A stretch of 62,253 nucleotides of DNA, the filler included, from Asterionella formosa (taxonomy: Eukaryota), in NCBI GenBank assembly GCA_002256025.1. It is 16 parts of 16 records of this genome, joined end to end, with 100 filler letters (N's around TTAATTAATTAA, not from the genome) between each part and the next. Parts side by side here need not be neighbours in the genome. Positions count along the whole stretch, not along the records: positions 1 to 31,244 come from NKIB01000733.1; 15 more parts are not named here. One strand, written 5' to 3'. A model generated the notes under the pieces. It ran no database searches, was not told where the DNA came from, and saw nothing but the letters and a program-made list of their open reading frames with translations. This document shows, one piece after another, positions 10,724 through 24,204 of this stretch (position 1 is the first letter of the stretch; every line of letters begins with the position of its first letter). The translations under genes were made by a program, and so were the position numbers.

Positions 10724-13700
10724 TCGATGTGTAACTGTATAACTGTATCATAAGAATAGAGCTAATTTATACCCAAATCAACATTGTACCATCTATTAGA
10801 TCACAGATACAGGCAATGTTCGCCAAAATGCTAGGGAGCTATCAGTTATTGACTCTTTACGAATTATGCGAGGCGTTGACGTTCAGTTTACCAACAAGTC
10901 AATGTACGATTCACCACAATTTAGGTGAGCTATCATGAAAATTCAAGGCTAGCAGCAGCCTTTTCTTCTGATCAGCTGTCCACCTGATCCAACAAACAAG
11001 TTTACATTTAGAGCATACACCTAAAACAGGAAGCAAGCGGCTGCTTTTATGGACATACCAGTAAGAAGCTGCCGTTGCTTCAGTACGGTAGTTGGTGCCC
11101 CGGTTCCAATACCGGAACCGGGAGGTGGTAATACACGACCGCCGCCTCACAACAATCCAGCGAAGAAGTGCCAAGAACAGCAAGTTGGGGTCATTTTGCT
11201 GAAATGGAAGGCGTGACGCAGGATAGGGCAGTTGAAAAATACGAACAAATGTATCACCACTTAGTGACGTAGGTTTTATGCTTGTTATTTTCTTCGGCAA
11301 TTGGCTGAAAAAAGAAAATGAGAATGACCGATGCGGAAGGAGGGTGACCTGAAGCAAAAGTAAGAAAGGATTGCAAGTCTTGCTTAGTTTGCTTCATTCT
11401 CTCCAAACTCAAAATTAATCTCCTTTTCTGGCGAACTAATTCAAACAACCTGAGGTAGCAATTGTAAGAGCGAGCTTTTGCAAATATTAACCGGTATTTA
11501 GGTTAGATCATTCGTTTTTAGTATACATATATACCAGTATAATAATAGTACAGAGTACAGAATAGCGTTACTGGTAGTGATCGTGAGTGGCTTGAGAATG
11601 TTGCATCATGTTTGTCTCAGCCTTGACAATGACGAAAATAATGAATATCTCCATGAAAAATGAGAACGACACTTTGTTATTGGGTAAATATATTAAGCAC
11701 AATATAGGCAATAAAAATTTAAAAGAATCATTGTAATCACACTAATATTGACAATAAAAATCAAATTTGCCAATCTTAATGATCAGAGCTTTTGCTTCAC
11801 GAAATGTCATGCCAAAAAGTGATGTTGCAACTATACATGAACAGAGGGAGTACTTACATATGACAGTATGAATGAATTCAGCCATGATGCTGATTCTAAT
11901 AGTTTTTTGATTTTTTCACCTTGCACTGGGAGAACAAAAGTTAAGTCTACGAAAAAGCAATGAATGGAGGTAGCCCCAAACAGGAGTATCACACAAACGA
12001 CAAAGTAAGCAACTAATCATACCACGATAGCAATTCTATTATCAGCCCATAATGCTCACTGAGATAGCTTCTACATATACCACTCACCACAGATTTTTGA
12101 TCATTGTGGTGATAAATGCCATTATCATGCATTTTTCATTTGACATCAGCCAAATGACAAATGTTACCAGAACTATGAATCAGCAAATGCAAGAGAGGTT
12201 ATTCGACATTTATGACATGTAACACATGAATGCACCTTTTAATTTTGAATGACTCAATTGAGTTAGTTGAATGAGCGAACGTGAGTGCTTGAATACTTCA
12301 AAAATGGCTGAAAAAAGGTATGGATAATTGTAGTGAACAATCACCTCCTAACAGGTAGTATCCTTCAACAAGAATGCATATATTTTTTGAAGTATGGCTG
12401 CGTTCTTTTTTTGAAAATAGGCGAACGACAAAAAGTAATTGGCAATTATTTGGCTCAAAATTGCTTCGTGAAGTAGATTTATCAAACTTTACATTGCTTA
12501 TGCTCACATCTGTGTACTCCAAAGGCTTGTTTATGCTAATTTTTTTCAGATTTTGCTCTTTGTTTTCTTGTGTTGCCTTGACTAATGCAGTGCTCTTCAT
12601 TGTAGATACTTGTGCCACCAGTGCTACAACTTCAGTTTTGTTTCATTTCATTTGGTTTCTTGAACTCATTAGCTAGCATTAACTCCATCATTTCTATCCC
12701 TTGTCTTTGATGAACACATTTGACACTAAACACATGTTCCAATTAAGTGTCTGAAAACAGAAAGTTATTTTAGTTTTTTATGCTTTTCTTTTTGGACTCC
12801 TTGTCAGATTCCAGAGGGTCGTGGTAAATTTATGGTGCGCAACCAAAAATAGTAAGTGATTCTGCGGAACTTTCAGGGAGATTGCCTGTTGGCCACAGCA
12901 GATGACGCATACGTGCAATGATTACGGTCATGATGAAGGGATTGATGCAGCATCCGGAGGAAACCAGCATGGATGAAGGATGAATTTGGAGGACAGTGAC
13001 AGGAGTGCTGTGGTTTATAGTGCCGTAATTATGGTGGGATGAAGAATGGCTAGGATTGAGGTTGGCTACTAATTGGACGCCCATGGGCGGTGAAACGCAA
13101 GCTGGGAATCCCGGTTGACAGTGATGGGGACGCACAGCATAAAAATTTCAGATCCAGTAGTGGGAATAATTCTCAGCAAAGCTGATTATGGGAGTGGCAT
13201 TACTAGGCTTACTAGGAGTAGACTTTGAGAGAGCAGGGATAGGGATCAGGACTTGGAGTATCCCTGGGAAGTGGTCATCTTGCGGTATCTCTCAATGAGT
13301 GTAAGCGAAAACCAACAGACTCAGGCATACAGATTTTTTTTTCTTGGTGTGAATGTCAAAAATGTATCTTTGCTTTCATAGAAGGAAGTGAATGGACTGA
13401 TTTTGGATGGTATTCGTCGGGTTAGCTAAGTATGTCATGGAAACAAGCTTTTTTGAACCATCAACCCACCGTCTGAAACGAAATAAGAAACGCATTGTCG
13501 AGTGTCTGAAGGAAAATGATAAGTTACCATGGGAAGAACGGAATTCTTTCATACGTTTTTGTTCCCTATTTAAGAAATTAAAAATGGGAAGAAATCCCGA
13601 CTTGACTTTACATTGGATGTCAAGGTTAATCCCTTTGTTACTTTCATTATAAAGGGAATGAAAGTAGTAATGCAGGGTATTCCGCTATCCAACAACTTCA

Positions 13701-13799
13701 TTATAAGCACTGAAACTGTTTCAATCGAAAAAATTCCTTTACTTGGAATTCCTTCCAGATGCTTTCTTCTATACAGAATTGGAAGACGATCCAGCAATT

Positions 13800-14700
13800 T
13801 ATATGGCAAGTCGATTTTATATTGAAGGATACAGATACAATGCTTCTTATGAACTGCTATAGATCATTTTTAGAAATCAATTTATTTTCAATTTCAACGA
13901 GCATTGTAAGACAATTACTACATTTCCCCAAAGACATTACTTTCCAGGAACAGTATATGAACTTGAACCATCCCCCTTCTCGCAGTTCACTTCAATCCAA
14001 TCAAACCATTCCTGGTCAGAGATCCAAGCTTTTGAGTCATTTTTCCCATTTCGGATGACATCTCAAAATATTACTTTGTCCAGGTGCATTGGCGTGAATT
14101 TTGACATGGCAGTAAAAATCAATCATAGTTACATTCAATGACTTTCCTTCATTGTCATTTAGAACTTTTGCTCTTTCCGTTGCTGAATGTGAAATTTTTT
14201 CACATTGATAGCACCATATGGTATATCTAGATGAAATAACTGTGAGAAAGGCATTCTCAACATATGTGATGACAAAGGTTGTGGGAAACTTGTTAATCGA
14301 ACACCAAACATGGTCCATTGACCATTTACCACATTAGCAGCAAATTCAACAAGGGCAGGAAGTGATGGTAAAATTTTGGTAGTCCTTGCTTCATTGTGCG
14401 TTAGAAGGTGAAGAAAGAATACTCCTCATCGCATCCAACAAGATAACATCTAAGTAATCACTCATTACATTTGGTTTGGAATAATGATCTCATAAAACTT
14501 TGCGGGCAAGGGAAAAATGTCATGGTTCATAGGATCGTATCAAAATGTCATGCTTGAGTCGATGCAACTGTTCATTCACGCATTTACCAGGAAGTTTCAA
14601 TTTATCTTTCAGAAAATATTCCAATATTATCGCCCAACAAATCAATACGTGTACCCAATTTTTGAATCATCAGACCTGTGCGTACCATTAATTTTTACAG
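13800..14700 (-). pseudogene. Highly degenerate Plavaka-like transposase C-terminal relic
   Basis: Minus strand gives LEYFLKDKLKLPGK (~14585-14625), ILRCHPKW and EWFDWIEV (~13990-14070). These echo ME.NL...KLPA and FHAHP...WYDWAEF of the other copies in the same order. Confidence 0.4.
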
Positions 14701-15559
14701 GGAAATTCCAGTGAGGTTTCATGGGACAAGAAATGGCCGAGGATTTGAAAAGAATTTGAATCTTTGCTGTTGTTTCGTCATCATACGGCACACGATACAG
14801 TATAAATACTACCTTGTACTCCCTCCTTCCGGAAACAGTTGCATCAATTCGCCGGCACCACCAGTGTATTTACTGTTGTCATATGAATGATTACGTAGCC
14901 AACATACCATCTTTCTATGTAAGGATTGGCTTACTTGAAAAAATGCGTTGTTTATGAGTTACATAGATGTGAAAATAAACTCTATTTTTGTAATTAAATA
15001 ATTAGCATCTAAATTAATTAATTGAAACCAACTTAACATAAATATATTCATTGCATAAAAATTCATATCGCCAAATGCTGGTTTACATCGGCCAGTCACT
15101 CAAATGTTTGCGGGAAATCAAATACAACAAGCCACTATATTAATTATAGCATGAATAGAATAATTGTCGTTCGGTATACTTTCTACGGTTGTTGCACCTA
15201 TATGGACCATACCGCCGGAAATTTAACGGTTACAATCCTCTAAAGAAGCCTACTATCTATTTCGTCCCCGCCATCAGGTCCTTTTCGGAGGCTCCGTAAG
15301 CCATAATCCAACACAATTTGACGCTCTTCTGCAAGTTGTGGTTATTTTGCTTATTTGTGTACTCATTCCCAAAACCGATAAATATTCCCTGACTTGGCAG
15401 CCACTAAGAAATCAAAATATGAAACTTTTAAAGGCTTGCGCCCGCAGGCTGTATAAAGACGACTGGATAAAATTCGATAAATTCAGATAATTGGGAAAAA
15501 AGGTTCTGACAAATTTTATTTTATTTTGGGTTAAAGTATGTAAGGACTATGTTAGTTTC

Positions 15560-15730
15560 TTAAGGTTGCGGCCCTGGCTTAACCCAAGTTTGGAGAAAAT
15601 ATCGCTAGTAGGGCTGTAAAAACGGCGTGTAACAGAAAGTTTTCTAGTATGGATTCCCATGATTTGAGTGTGCATTTGAATATTTGAATTAAATAGGAAT
15701 CGGCAAGAGATTAATAGAGTTCCATTTTAA
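15560..15730 (+). mobile_element. Left end of TTAA-flanked TIR element family B
   Basis: TTAA-GGTTGCGGCCC followed by ~160 bp homologous to 27589-27735. Confidence 0.7.
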
Positions 15731-15979
15731 ACAAACAAAAATGATATTTATACATTTAAATTATATTAACATTGTATGTAGACATGATTTCGCTCCACGC
15801 CAAAACACATATATAAATCAGGAGTATGCCAACATGTATGCTCATTGTTCGTGTTCATACGTTATATTGAATCTTTGCTGCAGTATGTAGTTTCTATATT
15901 ACTCGATTCACAAAGGTATACATAAAAATCAGTTCGGTACCAGGTACCGAATTACCAGAGGAGTACTGGGATACTGGTT

Positions 15980-16696
15980 AAGTATGACTACCCAAAGGAA
16001 AGCATGTACATTTTGACCAAGACACATTGCGGTTTTCGAACTTCTGGCGCCCCTAAAGATTACATCGAGTCGCCAAGCTCGTTCCTTGCCTCATGTTTGG
16101 CTGGCAGTGGCTTGGTTCGATACCAACAGGGCAAGTCAACTTTAAGGGAAGGGGCATACTCAATCGATTTGGTAAAGAAAATTGTTCATCTTTTGCGAAA
16201 CCCATTTGACAATGCAGTGTCTCGTTTTCATCTCGCGAAGAAACACAATCGATCAAACACAGCCCTCCTCCCGTTGTCCAAAGAGGGCTTCCGAGAGTTT
16301 TGCAATATGAATGGTCAAAGGTGGAAAGAAGCTGAGCTTGCTGCCGCGGCGTGGGACAATGGCGTGCTTGATATAATGAAGGACATCCCATGCTATTCAG
16401 ATTTTTATCGCTATGCAAACTGGCATAATCTTGCATTTGCCGTCACCAAAGACCTCAATCTGCCAGAGTATGTCTTGCACTATGAGGACTTTGAGTCAAG
16501 GTTTGAAGAGACAAAGGCTGAACTCTTGGATTTTTTGCAATTAGAAGTGAATGGAGATGACTTTCCATTTATCCCAGGCAAGGAGTATTCAAACTACTTT
16601 ACTGTCAAAGAGCAACGCACGCTGAAGATGGCAATGAAGATGTTGTCCTTCAAAACGACATGGCAAAATATTGAACACTATTTTGATGGCATGTAA
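15980..16696 (+). pseudogene. 5'-truncated, intronless sulfotransferase-like paralog
   Basis: YILTKTHCG, VHLLRNPFDNAVSRFHL, PCYSDFYRYANWH and VLHYEDF align with the gene at 19987-21193. It lacks the N-terminal SFPNSGTS PAPS-binding motif, and homology stops at ~15980. Confidence 0.75.
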
Positions 16697-17003
16697 CACT
16701 GCTTCGTTATGTCTTCGTGCAGTGTTGACCTCATTATGGGATTGACAAAAAGCTGGTAATTCATGTACCAAGAGTATGCTGCCAATGTTGAATATATGAC
16801 AAGAATCATAGGATTGCTATGCACAACGTTTCCTATCTAGTCTACCTTATGTATGTCAAGGTATGGCACCTCGCCTACATATGTTTATAACCACATGAAT
16901 TGGAGATAACTGCAAACATTTCGCAGTTTTCAAGGATATAACGTTTTTATCACTAAATAGATGATGCTCATTCCAACCAGTATGTAAGCAAGCTCAAAAC
17001 TTA

Positions 17004-19209
17004 TCACAATGACTGCTGGCTTCGTTCCTCCTCCTTTTGAGCCGTCATGTCATTGAGTAGTGAAAGCTTTCGTTCTCCACTTTGTACCATGCGTTCAATC
17101 TGCAATGTCTCGGCCACATTCGCTTCAACAGTACGTCGAATTTCCATGTCAATTTCATTGTCCGAGGTGACGGCATCATTGCCATGACTGTGCTCTCCTA
17201 ATTCAGCATCAACAGACAGCTCCTCATCCTTCTGCTTTCTTTTCAGAAATCCACGAAGCGGATTTTCATCACCATCACCAATCTCTTCTTCAAAAGCTCC
17301 CAACAAACGCTCACACCTGATTTGGAGAACTTTTTTTTCATCAGCGTTGAGAATTTCAAAACACCATCCACGGCTCATGACAAAATCACCAGACTTGGGA
17401 ATTTCACCAGCACACATGCAAAGAAAACCTGAAATGGTTGCAAATTCCTTCAATGCTTCTTCTTCGTCCAAATTCAACTGCATAATTGTGTCGCAGTCTC
17501 CCAAGTCAGCATCACCTCGGACCAAGAAGGAGCCATCATCTTGCAATGTAATAGAATCTTCAGAAAACTCGAAGTCCTCATCATCATCTTCATCATAGAT
17601 TTCACCCACTACCTCCTCGACAATATCTTCCAAAGATACAAGTCCTTCTGTTCCTCCATATTCATCTACAACAACCGCCATGTGAACACGACGTCTACGC
17701 ATTTCTTGTAAGACACACCAACCATTTGCTGTATCAGGAACGAAGTAGCACGATTCAATCAATTCTGCTTCCGAAATACTCTTTTCCATGCGCGAGGCTA
17801 ATTCTGCACCAGTCAAGGATCGAACATATTTTGGTGTGCTTTCAGTTTTACCACCCATGCTACTTTGTCGAATGGGAATTCGTTCTGTTGAATACAGTGC
17901 TGAAAGACCCTTGTCATCATCACCGATATCGTCTCCAGTTTTCTTTGATATTTTATTGCGTAATTCTTCATCATCCACAATAACGCCCTTGACGAAGAAA
18001 TCCAACACAGATTTCGCTAAAACAATACCAATAATGTTATCAATCTCTCCGTCATAAACAGGAATACGACTGTAACCACTCTCTCTTACAACTCCCAATA
18101 CACTTGCTACCGACATTGTTTTCGGTACTGCAATAATTTCTACTCTTGGTTTCATAATTTCCTTGACGCGCTGATCTTGTAAATTCAAGACTCCCTGAAT
18201 CATTTCTTGTTCACCATGGTCAATGGTTCCCGAATCTCTAGCCCCCGTGACAATCAATCGCAATTCACTATCTGAAACATCTGATGATCCTTGATTCTTA
18301 TCCTTGAGACCCAGAAGAGATAGCGTCCGTTTCGCCATGAACGTTAACGAAATTCCCAAGGGTGACACGACGGTTGCAAGTATGTTGACTGGCGGTACCA
18401 TTAAGCGTGCCACGAATTCCGCGTTCATTACCCCAATGCTCTTCGGCAGCAGTTCAACAAAAAACAAGGTAAGACCCGTCAAGACAAAGGCCCCGTACCT
18501 TTCTCCTTTTGAACCGAACAAGCTGGCAGCGAGGTGTGTAAAAATGGTTGTCGCGAAGATACTGCAAAAGGTGGAAGTGACTAATATAGTGGTCAAGACG
18601 GAGGTGATATCTTCGTTCAACACTTTAAAGACCCCCTTTTTGTTATTTGTTTTTTCTTCTTCTTCGGCGAATTCTCTGACTTTCCAGGGGTAGAGTGTTG
18701 TGATGGCAATTTCTGCAGCATGTAACATGGCCAAAATGATGAATAGACCGAGCCAAACGGCCGTGATGGTTATTGCTTCCTTGCTACAGTGCCGAAAGTG
18801 TGAGGCTAACATCGTTGTGTAACTTAATGGTGACAAGATTCCATATCACGTACCGATCCATTCTAGCGACTGGACCCTTCGAACCACTCATAGCACCCAT
18901 AGCTAGCGCCACAACTGGTTGGTTGAGGGCAATTGTAGAGAGTAGAATGGCCGCGGCCAACAACATTCGTCGTTTGTTTGGAAACAGTTTCTCCTTCAGA
19001 CTCTGCTTCGTCTTGCCAATCAAGTCGGTCGTCAATTCAAAGGCTCCAATTCTCGACGACAGTGAATTGAAGCTACGAGGCTTGAGCTCCGATGATACAA
19101 CAGCAGCGTGATGATACAGGCGAGGAGTCACAAAGGCATTCACAAAAAAGGTGCTGTAGTTGTTGGTTGCAAAGCAACTCGCGACGAGCCATACAATTCT
19201 TCTCATCAT
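17004..19209 (-). CDS. CNNM/CorC-family (DUF21 TM + CBS pair + CorC_HlyC) metal transporter-like protein, probably plastid-targeted; intron 18784-18853
   Basis: AAEIAIT, ELLPKSIG, EQEMIQGVLNL, IMKPRVEI, YSRIPVY, HMAVVVDEYGGTEGLVSLEDIVEEVVGEI and ATISGF motifs. The GT..AG intron joins ...MDR|KEAIT in frame. The N-terminus is a hydrophobic signal followed by VNA-FV (ASAFAP-like). Confidence 0.9.
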
Positions 19210-19986
19210 GGCTGATTGATTGGTTCGCTGATAGATCGAGTGCAGATTGATGACTATGAATAGTTTACTCCCTTATTTATAGCGAGGAGCGGAGCGAAGC
19301 AAAGCAAAGCAACAGACTGCTGTACTATCGTAAATGCGAAGTATGTATCTCAGTATCATCATCTACTAATGGGAAGAATTATCAATAGTCTTCCTCTCCA
19401 TCTGTACCTGGTATCACCTGGTACCCGGTAGCAATAATCGCAGAAAACATTAGGTAGTGTTCTTAACGGTACATCATCTCGTCAAAGAATTTAGCCTCGC
19501 CTTTAGCATCGGCACACTGATGAACGTACATGCCGGTAATATTCCCGATGGTGCGTGCAAGCAAGTTTATACCGTATATACAAATACTGTCGTAAGTAGC
19601 GGCAGTGTGGCAGCTGAATGTTTTGAACAAAAGCTAGTACCACGGTACCTGGTACCTGGTTTCTTTTTATTCTACACGTATAATGAATGCATACCCGTAC
19701 CAGGGATACTACCTGGTACCAGTACTAGTACCAGTACCAGGTTCCAGGTACCGTATACTGACACCCTTTACTCTGTCCATTCTTCACTATTGTGGTGCTT
19801 CGACGTATTCCCAAACATTTCCATTCAAGGAGTTTCATCTTGGAGTAGACTCGATTGGCGAAATGCAAGGTGACAGCAATCCTTCGTGATGACTAATGCC
19901 GTAACGCAACGTGGACCGGTCCAACTTCCGACTCGCGCTCCTCATCCTCATGGTGTCATGAACAATGTTACATAAAACAGCAGAAA

Positions 19987-21193
19987 ATGGTTACAACACC
20001 AAGCACCATGTATGACCAGTATGAGTTTACTCCCATCATGACGAACACCGATCGCAAATGCCGACACATTGCCTTACAATACTGTGTCCTGATTCTTGGC
20101 TGTTGCATCATGTTTACCGTTGGATGGAAGCTTGGATCCAATCCAACATTTCATATTGACAACAAGCTCGTTTCCGTGATTGTTGAAAATGTCGAAGAAA
20201 TACCCTTCGACTCTCCCAAGATCATTTGGCTCATGTCATTCCCAAATAGTGGAACATCATTTACTTCCAAACTTGTTCGCCACGTAACTCACTTTTCCAC
20301 GGCTTCTAATTGTGGAACAGAAAGTTTAAACAACGAATCTAGTTCAATTTTGGTTTTTCCGAACACAACCACTGGGCCCTTTTGGGTGGATCTACAGCAG
20401 GGATTTCCCTATGAGCATCCCACAAAGTATGTACTTACCAAGACGCATTGCGGAGGTAAATGTCAAAATTGTGGACCTTCCGAATGGGTGCAGAATCCCC
20501 ATTCGTTCAAAGTGGATTGCCTTAGTGGAAGGGGTATTTTTGAGCCAAATGGACGACCAATGGATGTTAGTTATGATGAAACCTTGGTGAAAAAGGCTGT
20601 TCATTTGATAAGAAATCCTTTTGATAATGGTGAGTTGATATGCGCAAGGGGGACTTAGAAGATTAGAACTATGTGAGAACAAATGAACTCATATACACGC
20701 ACACATCCCAATTAAAGTTGTTTCGCGATTTCATTTGGAACGACATCATTCGAAATCAGCTGCTTCTTATGACTCTTCAAGGGAGGGCTTTCGTGCATTT
20801 TGTAAACTGATGGACAAAACGTACGAAGTTATGGAAGAAGCATCATTTGCCATTGACAAGTCGATTTTAAAAATTATGAAGGGAGTGCCATGCCATGCCG
20901 ATTTTTTTCGCTATGCCCAATGGCACGATTTAGCTTTTATCACTACAGAGTCACTTCGTGTACCTACATATGTGTTACATTATGAGCTATACGAAACAAA
21001 GTTTAATGAAACTCTTGCGGATTTGATGGACTTTATTGAGCTGCCTCGGACGTTCACCAATTACGAGGAATTTATCAAGGGTAAAGAGTATGCAGCTTAC
21101 TTTACCTTGGAAGAACGGGAAGCTGTCAAGATTGCATTGAAAGAAATGACCTTGAGTATAACATGGGACAATGTGAAGCATTACTTTCAGTGA
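19987..21193 (+). CDS. Type II membrane sulfotransferase-like protein; intron 20630-20717
   Basis: N-terminal TM segment and IWLMSFPNSGTS (5'-PSB loop). Splicing of an 88-nt GT..AG intron gives HLIRNPFDN|VVSRFHL, matching the intronless paralog. Confidence 0.88.
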
Positions 21194-21666
21194 AGGCTTC
21201 GTTGGCGTTAATTGTGGTTTTGCCAAGAACAACAGCTAGTGGGGCCAACAATTTGACGTAGATTTTTCCCTAGAGTATCGCTTCTGTAACTAGTACAATT
21301 GAAAGGATTACTCCATAAACTTCGCTTCTCCTATAGACATCGTTGTATCATAACTATTGATTATTTCTCTACCTGAAGGTGTCGCCCTCCCCCACTAACA
21401 TTCATTTCCCAGTTCAAAACGACTCATTCCTCTGGATTTGGAACTTGCCCGGTTCCACATCATAATCAGCAGTTGAGAACACTACCCAACATATAAAATG
21501 TTTTAATTCTAGTGAATAAAAATCAAAGTCTAACTTCCAAAAACGTAAATAAACAGATGCTATATGGCTCTAATTCATGTTCACTTGATTTTGTGGGCAA
21601 TGAAACTGTAACAAAGACGTATAATTGACGTGTAAATTTGAACTCCAGTTTCAATACATGGCCACT

Positions 21667-24204
21667 TCACAATTTTGTTTGTTCATTTCCTTTTTCAGGA
21701 AGGGAAAGTATGACCTGAACATGAGCCATAGCGGATTCCTCTTCCTCAGCAGAAACGCTCTCTGTTTCTGTTTCGATAGTGACGGGACTAGTACGCTCAC
21801 CAATACTTTCGGTAAGCTTACGGATAATCGCAGACACATTTACTTGGGCTCGGTTCTCCTCCACCTTCTGGAGGTGTTCATCCTTGAGCGCGCTGGCACG
21901 TGGAGGAGACTTACGAGGTGACTTTCGTCGACTGCCGTGACGATGGGGAGACGCATAGTAATAGTTTTGAAAGTTATACGCATAGCATGCCGCAGCTTGC
22001 GAGTTCACCTGAGGAGGCATCATGAACTGCGTCGCAGGTGAGGGAGGTGCATACCCTTCCTGCGCGCCAAAGAAAAATCCAGGAGAAGGATAATACTGAG
22101 TCTGTGGAACAATATCATTTTTTTCTAGGTGCTGTGATTTCATTCTTGCTTCGTTCGAATCTTCTTTGAGAGGTAAGCGACAAGGTGTTGAAGGAGATGC
22201 TTTTCCTTTTGGAGTCCCGTGTGGTGTCATAATGCCAGCGATAGCAAGAGTGTTGTAGTCGAGGTGACCCCAGTGAGGTGAATTCGGAGGATGAGCACTC
22301 TGCACGCCCAACGCCCCACTAGATGAAGGCGATGCCATCGAATGGCAGGATGCAACAGGAGCCCCTTCCATTTGGGCTGGACCAAATGCAAAACCTGGAT
22401 CACCGATTGGAGGGTACCAGCAACCATTCACCATCGTATTTTGGTCAGGATGATATTGTGTCGACGTTGGATAGAAAGATCCATCATGAGATCCCATTGT
22501 TGGGTAAGATCCATTCTCTGAGTGACTCAGGGACGGATCCGGAGTAATTAGAAGATTAGGAGGGTATTGATAGTAACAATGGGGAGGGTACATGCCGTAT
22601 TCTTGGCCGGGATATTGGTATTGATAGCTGTCCCCGGAAAGAGCAGATTCAACACTAGTTCCATCATCGCAAAATGCATACTGAGGCGTCCACCCTGGCC
22701 AGTAGTAGCCGTACTTGGATTGTCTTGCCATATGTGAACCTTCTACCTTACTGCAGTGCTGTGCGCCCACAGTGGACGATGATGGGGCGGTAGAAGCTGC
22801 ATATCGGGTACGTTGACCTGGCAAGGAGTTTCGACTATTTTTCGAGTGAGAAGGAGGAAAACCGGCTTGTCTCGTTTTAGGGTGCAAAGGCAGACCAGGG
22901 CGAGTTGATTGGGAGGTCGCCGTTGTTGTCGACAGTGGCGCGTCAACCTTTTTTTTGGTAATCTTTGTCTGTTTAGGCAATCGAGGACAATTGTTATATG
23001 CCATTTGCTCCCTAATTGTCACCATTGAACGAAGAAACTGATCGTCAATCTGACTTCTCAGTAGTGGACTATCAACATCTCCGGGATCATCCATGGAACG
23101 GAGATTCATCTTCAGAATCAAAGAACGCATTCTCGCCTCTGTTCTTTCATCATTGCCAATCCATCCATTGAAAGTCGTCAAGCATTCCATCCATTCGTCT
23201 GATCCAAAGTTGGAAACACTTGCCAAGTGATCAGAAACCGCGCAAACTTCTTCACGTAAAAAGACCGCTACAGGCGAGACTGACACTTTGACATCAACAC
23301 TGTTTCGCTTCAACTTCTTGATACACTTGGCAAGGAACTTGTGATAATGAATAAGTGGCCATAGATAGCTGAAGTATAAATCCTCGTTAGAAACGAATGA
23401 TCAAATAAATCGATTCAACTTCGGCGAAACAAACACTTACCGCCATCTCTTGTTGTGCGATTTGGGTTCTATCCACGGGTTCTTTCCACTCTTCGCTTCC
23501 CACCAACTTCTGGAAGGCTTCCAAAGTTGTGTGCGAGAATTTTCCAATGTAGACTGTGTGTCTTCATATTCTCGTTCACCTATGGCCTGTGCGAAGGTTG
23601 CGGGACACGAGGCTATTGTTCGGCATTCATCGTCTCCACGAAACTCAACCGCTGTCAGTAACCACCGTTCTTCGTCAATCAAACAAGAATCCACAATAGG
23701 GCCCCTAGAAAATGACCGAAACGGAGAACCGTTGACCGCCAGGACAAGGGGACTAATGTCATCATATTCATCGTCGTCCATGGAAGTAACACGATGGAAG
23801 GACGACTCGTCATTCGACGCCATGGCTTTCGCTTCCTTGTTAATATCATGAATAACTTCGTAGATAGAGACTCGATTGACGAGAGCTTGCGAAAGATCTC
23901 GTTTCAAATCTGGGTGTAAGTAGAAGTACGGAGTATCTGAATCCATGCATTCAGATGTGGTCTGACCTCCCAAGCCCAGATTGACGACATCCATCACTCC
24001 AGTTGGCGAGATCATATTATCTGCAGCCTGCTTTGCTGCTGGAGTTCCAGCGGAAGCAGCATTGTCAACATAAAGGTCGTCAAAAGCTCCCGTCAGATTC
24101 CGGCGTGGAATCGAGGGGTCTGATGCGGACGATTCCACGCCGAAAGACTCATTCGGATCATCCAGACAAGGTGAAACATTCTGTTCAGACAATTGGATTG
24201 CCAT
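21667..24204 (-). CDS. Hypothetical protein with an ordered core (LWKPSRSWWEAKSGKNPWIEP..HNKRWRYLWPLIHYHKFLAKCIKKLKR) and a long Pro/Ser/Tyr-rich disordered tail; intron 23369-23440
   Basis: Two long minus-strand ORFs joined in frame by a 72-nt GTAAG..CAG intron. The start codon is uncertain (24204 or further upstream). Confidence 0.8.

Noticed and set aside
10911..11448. ORFs downstream of the cyclin
   Set aside because: No recognisable motifs or consistent exon structure.
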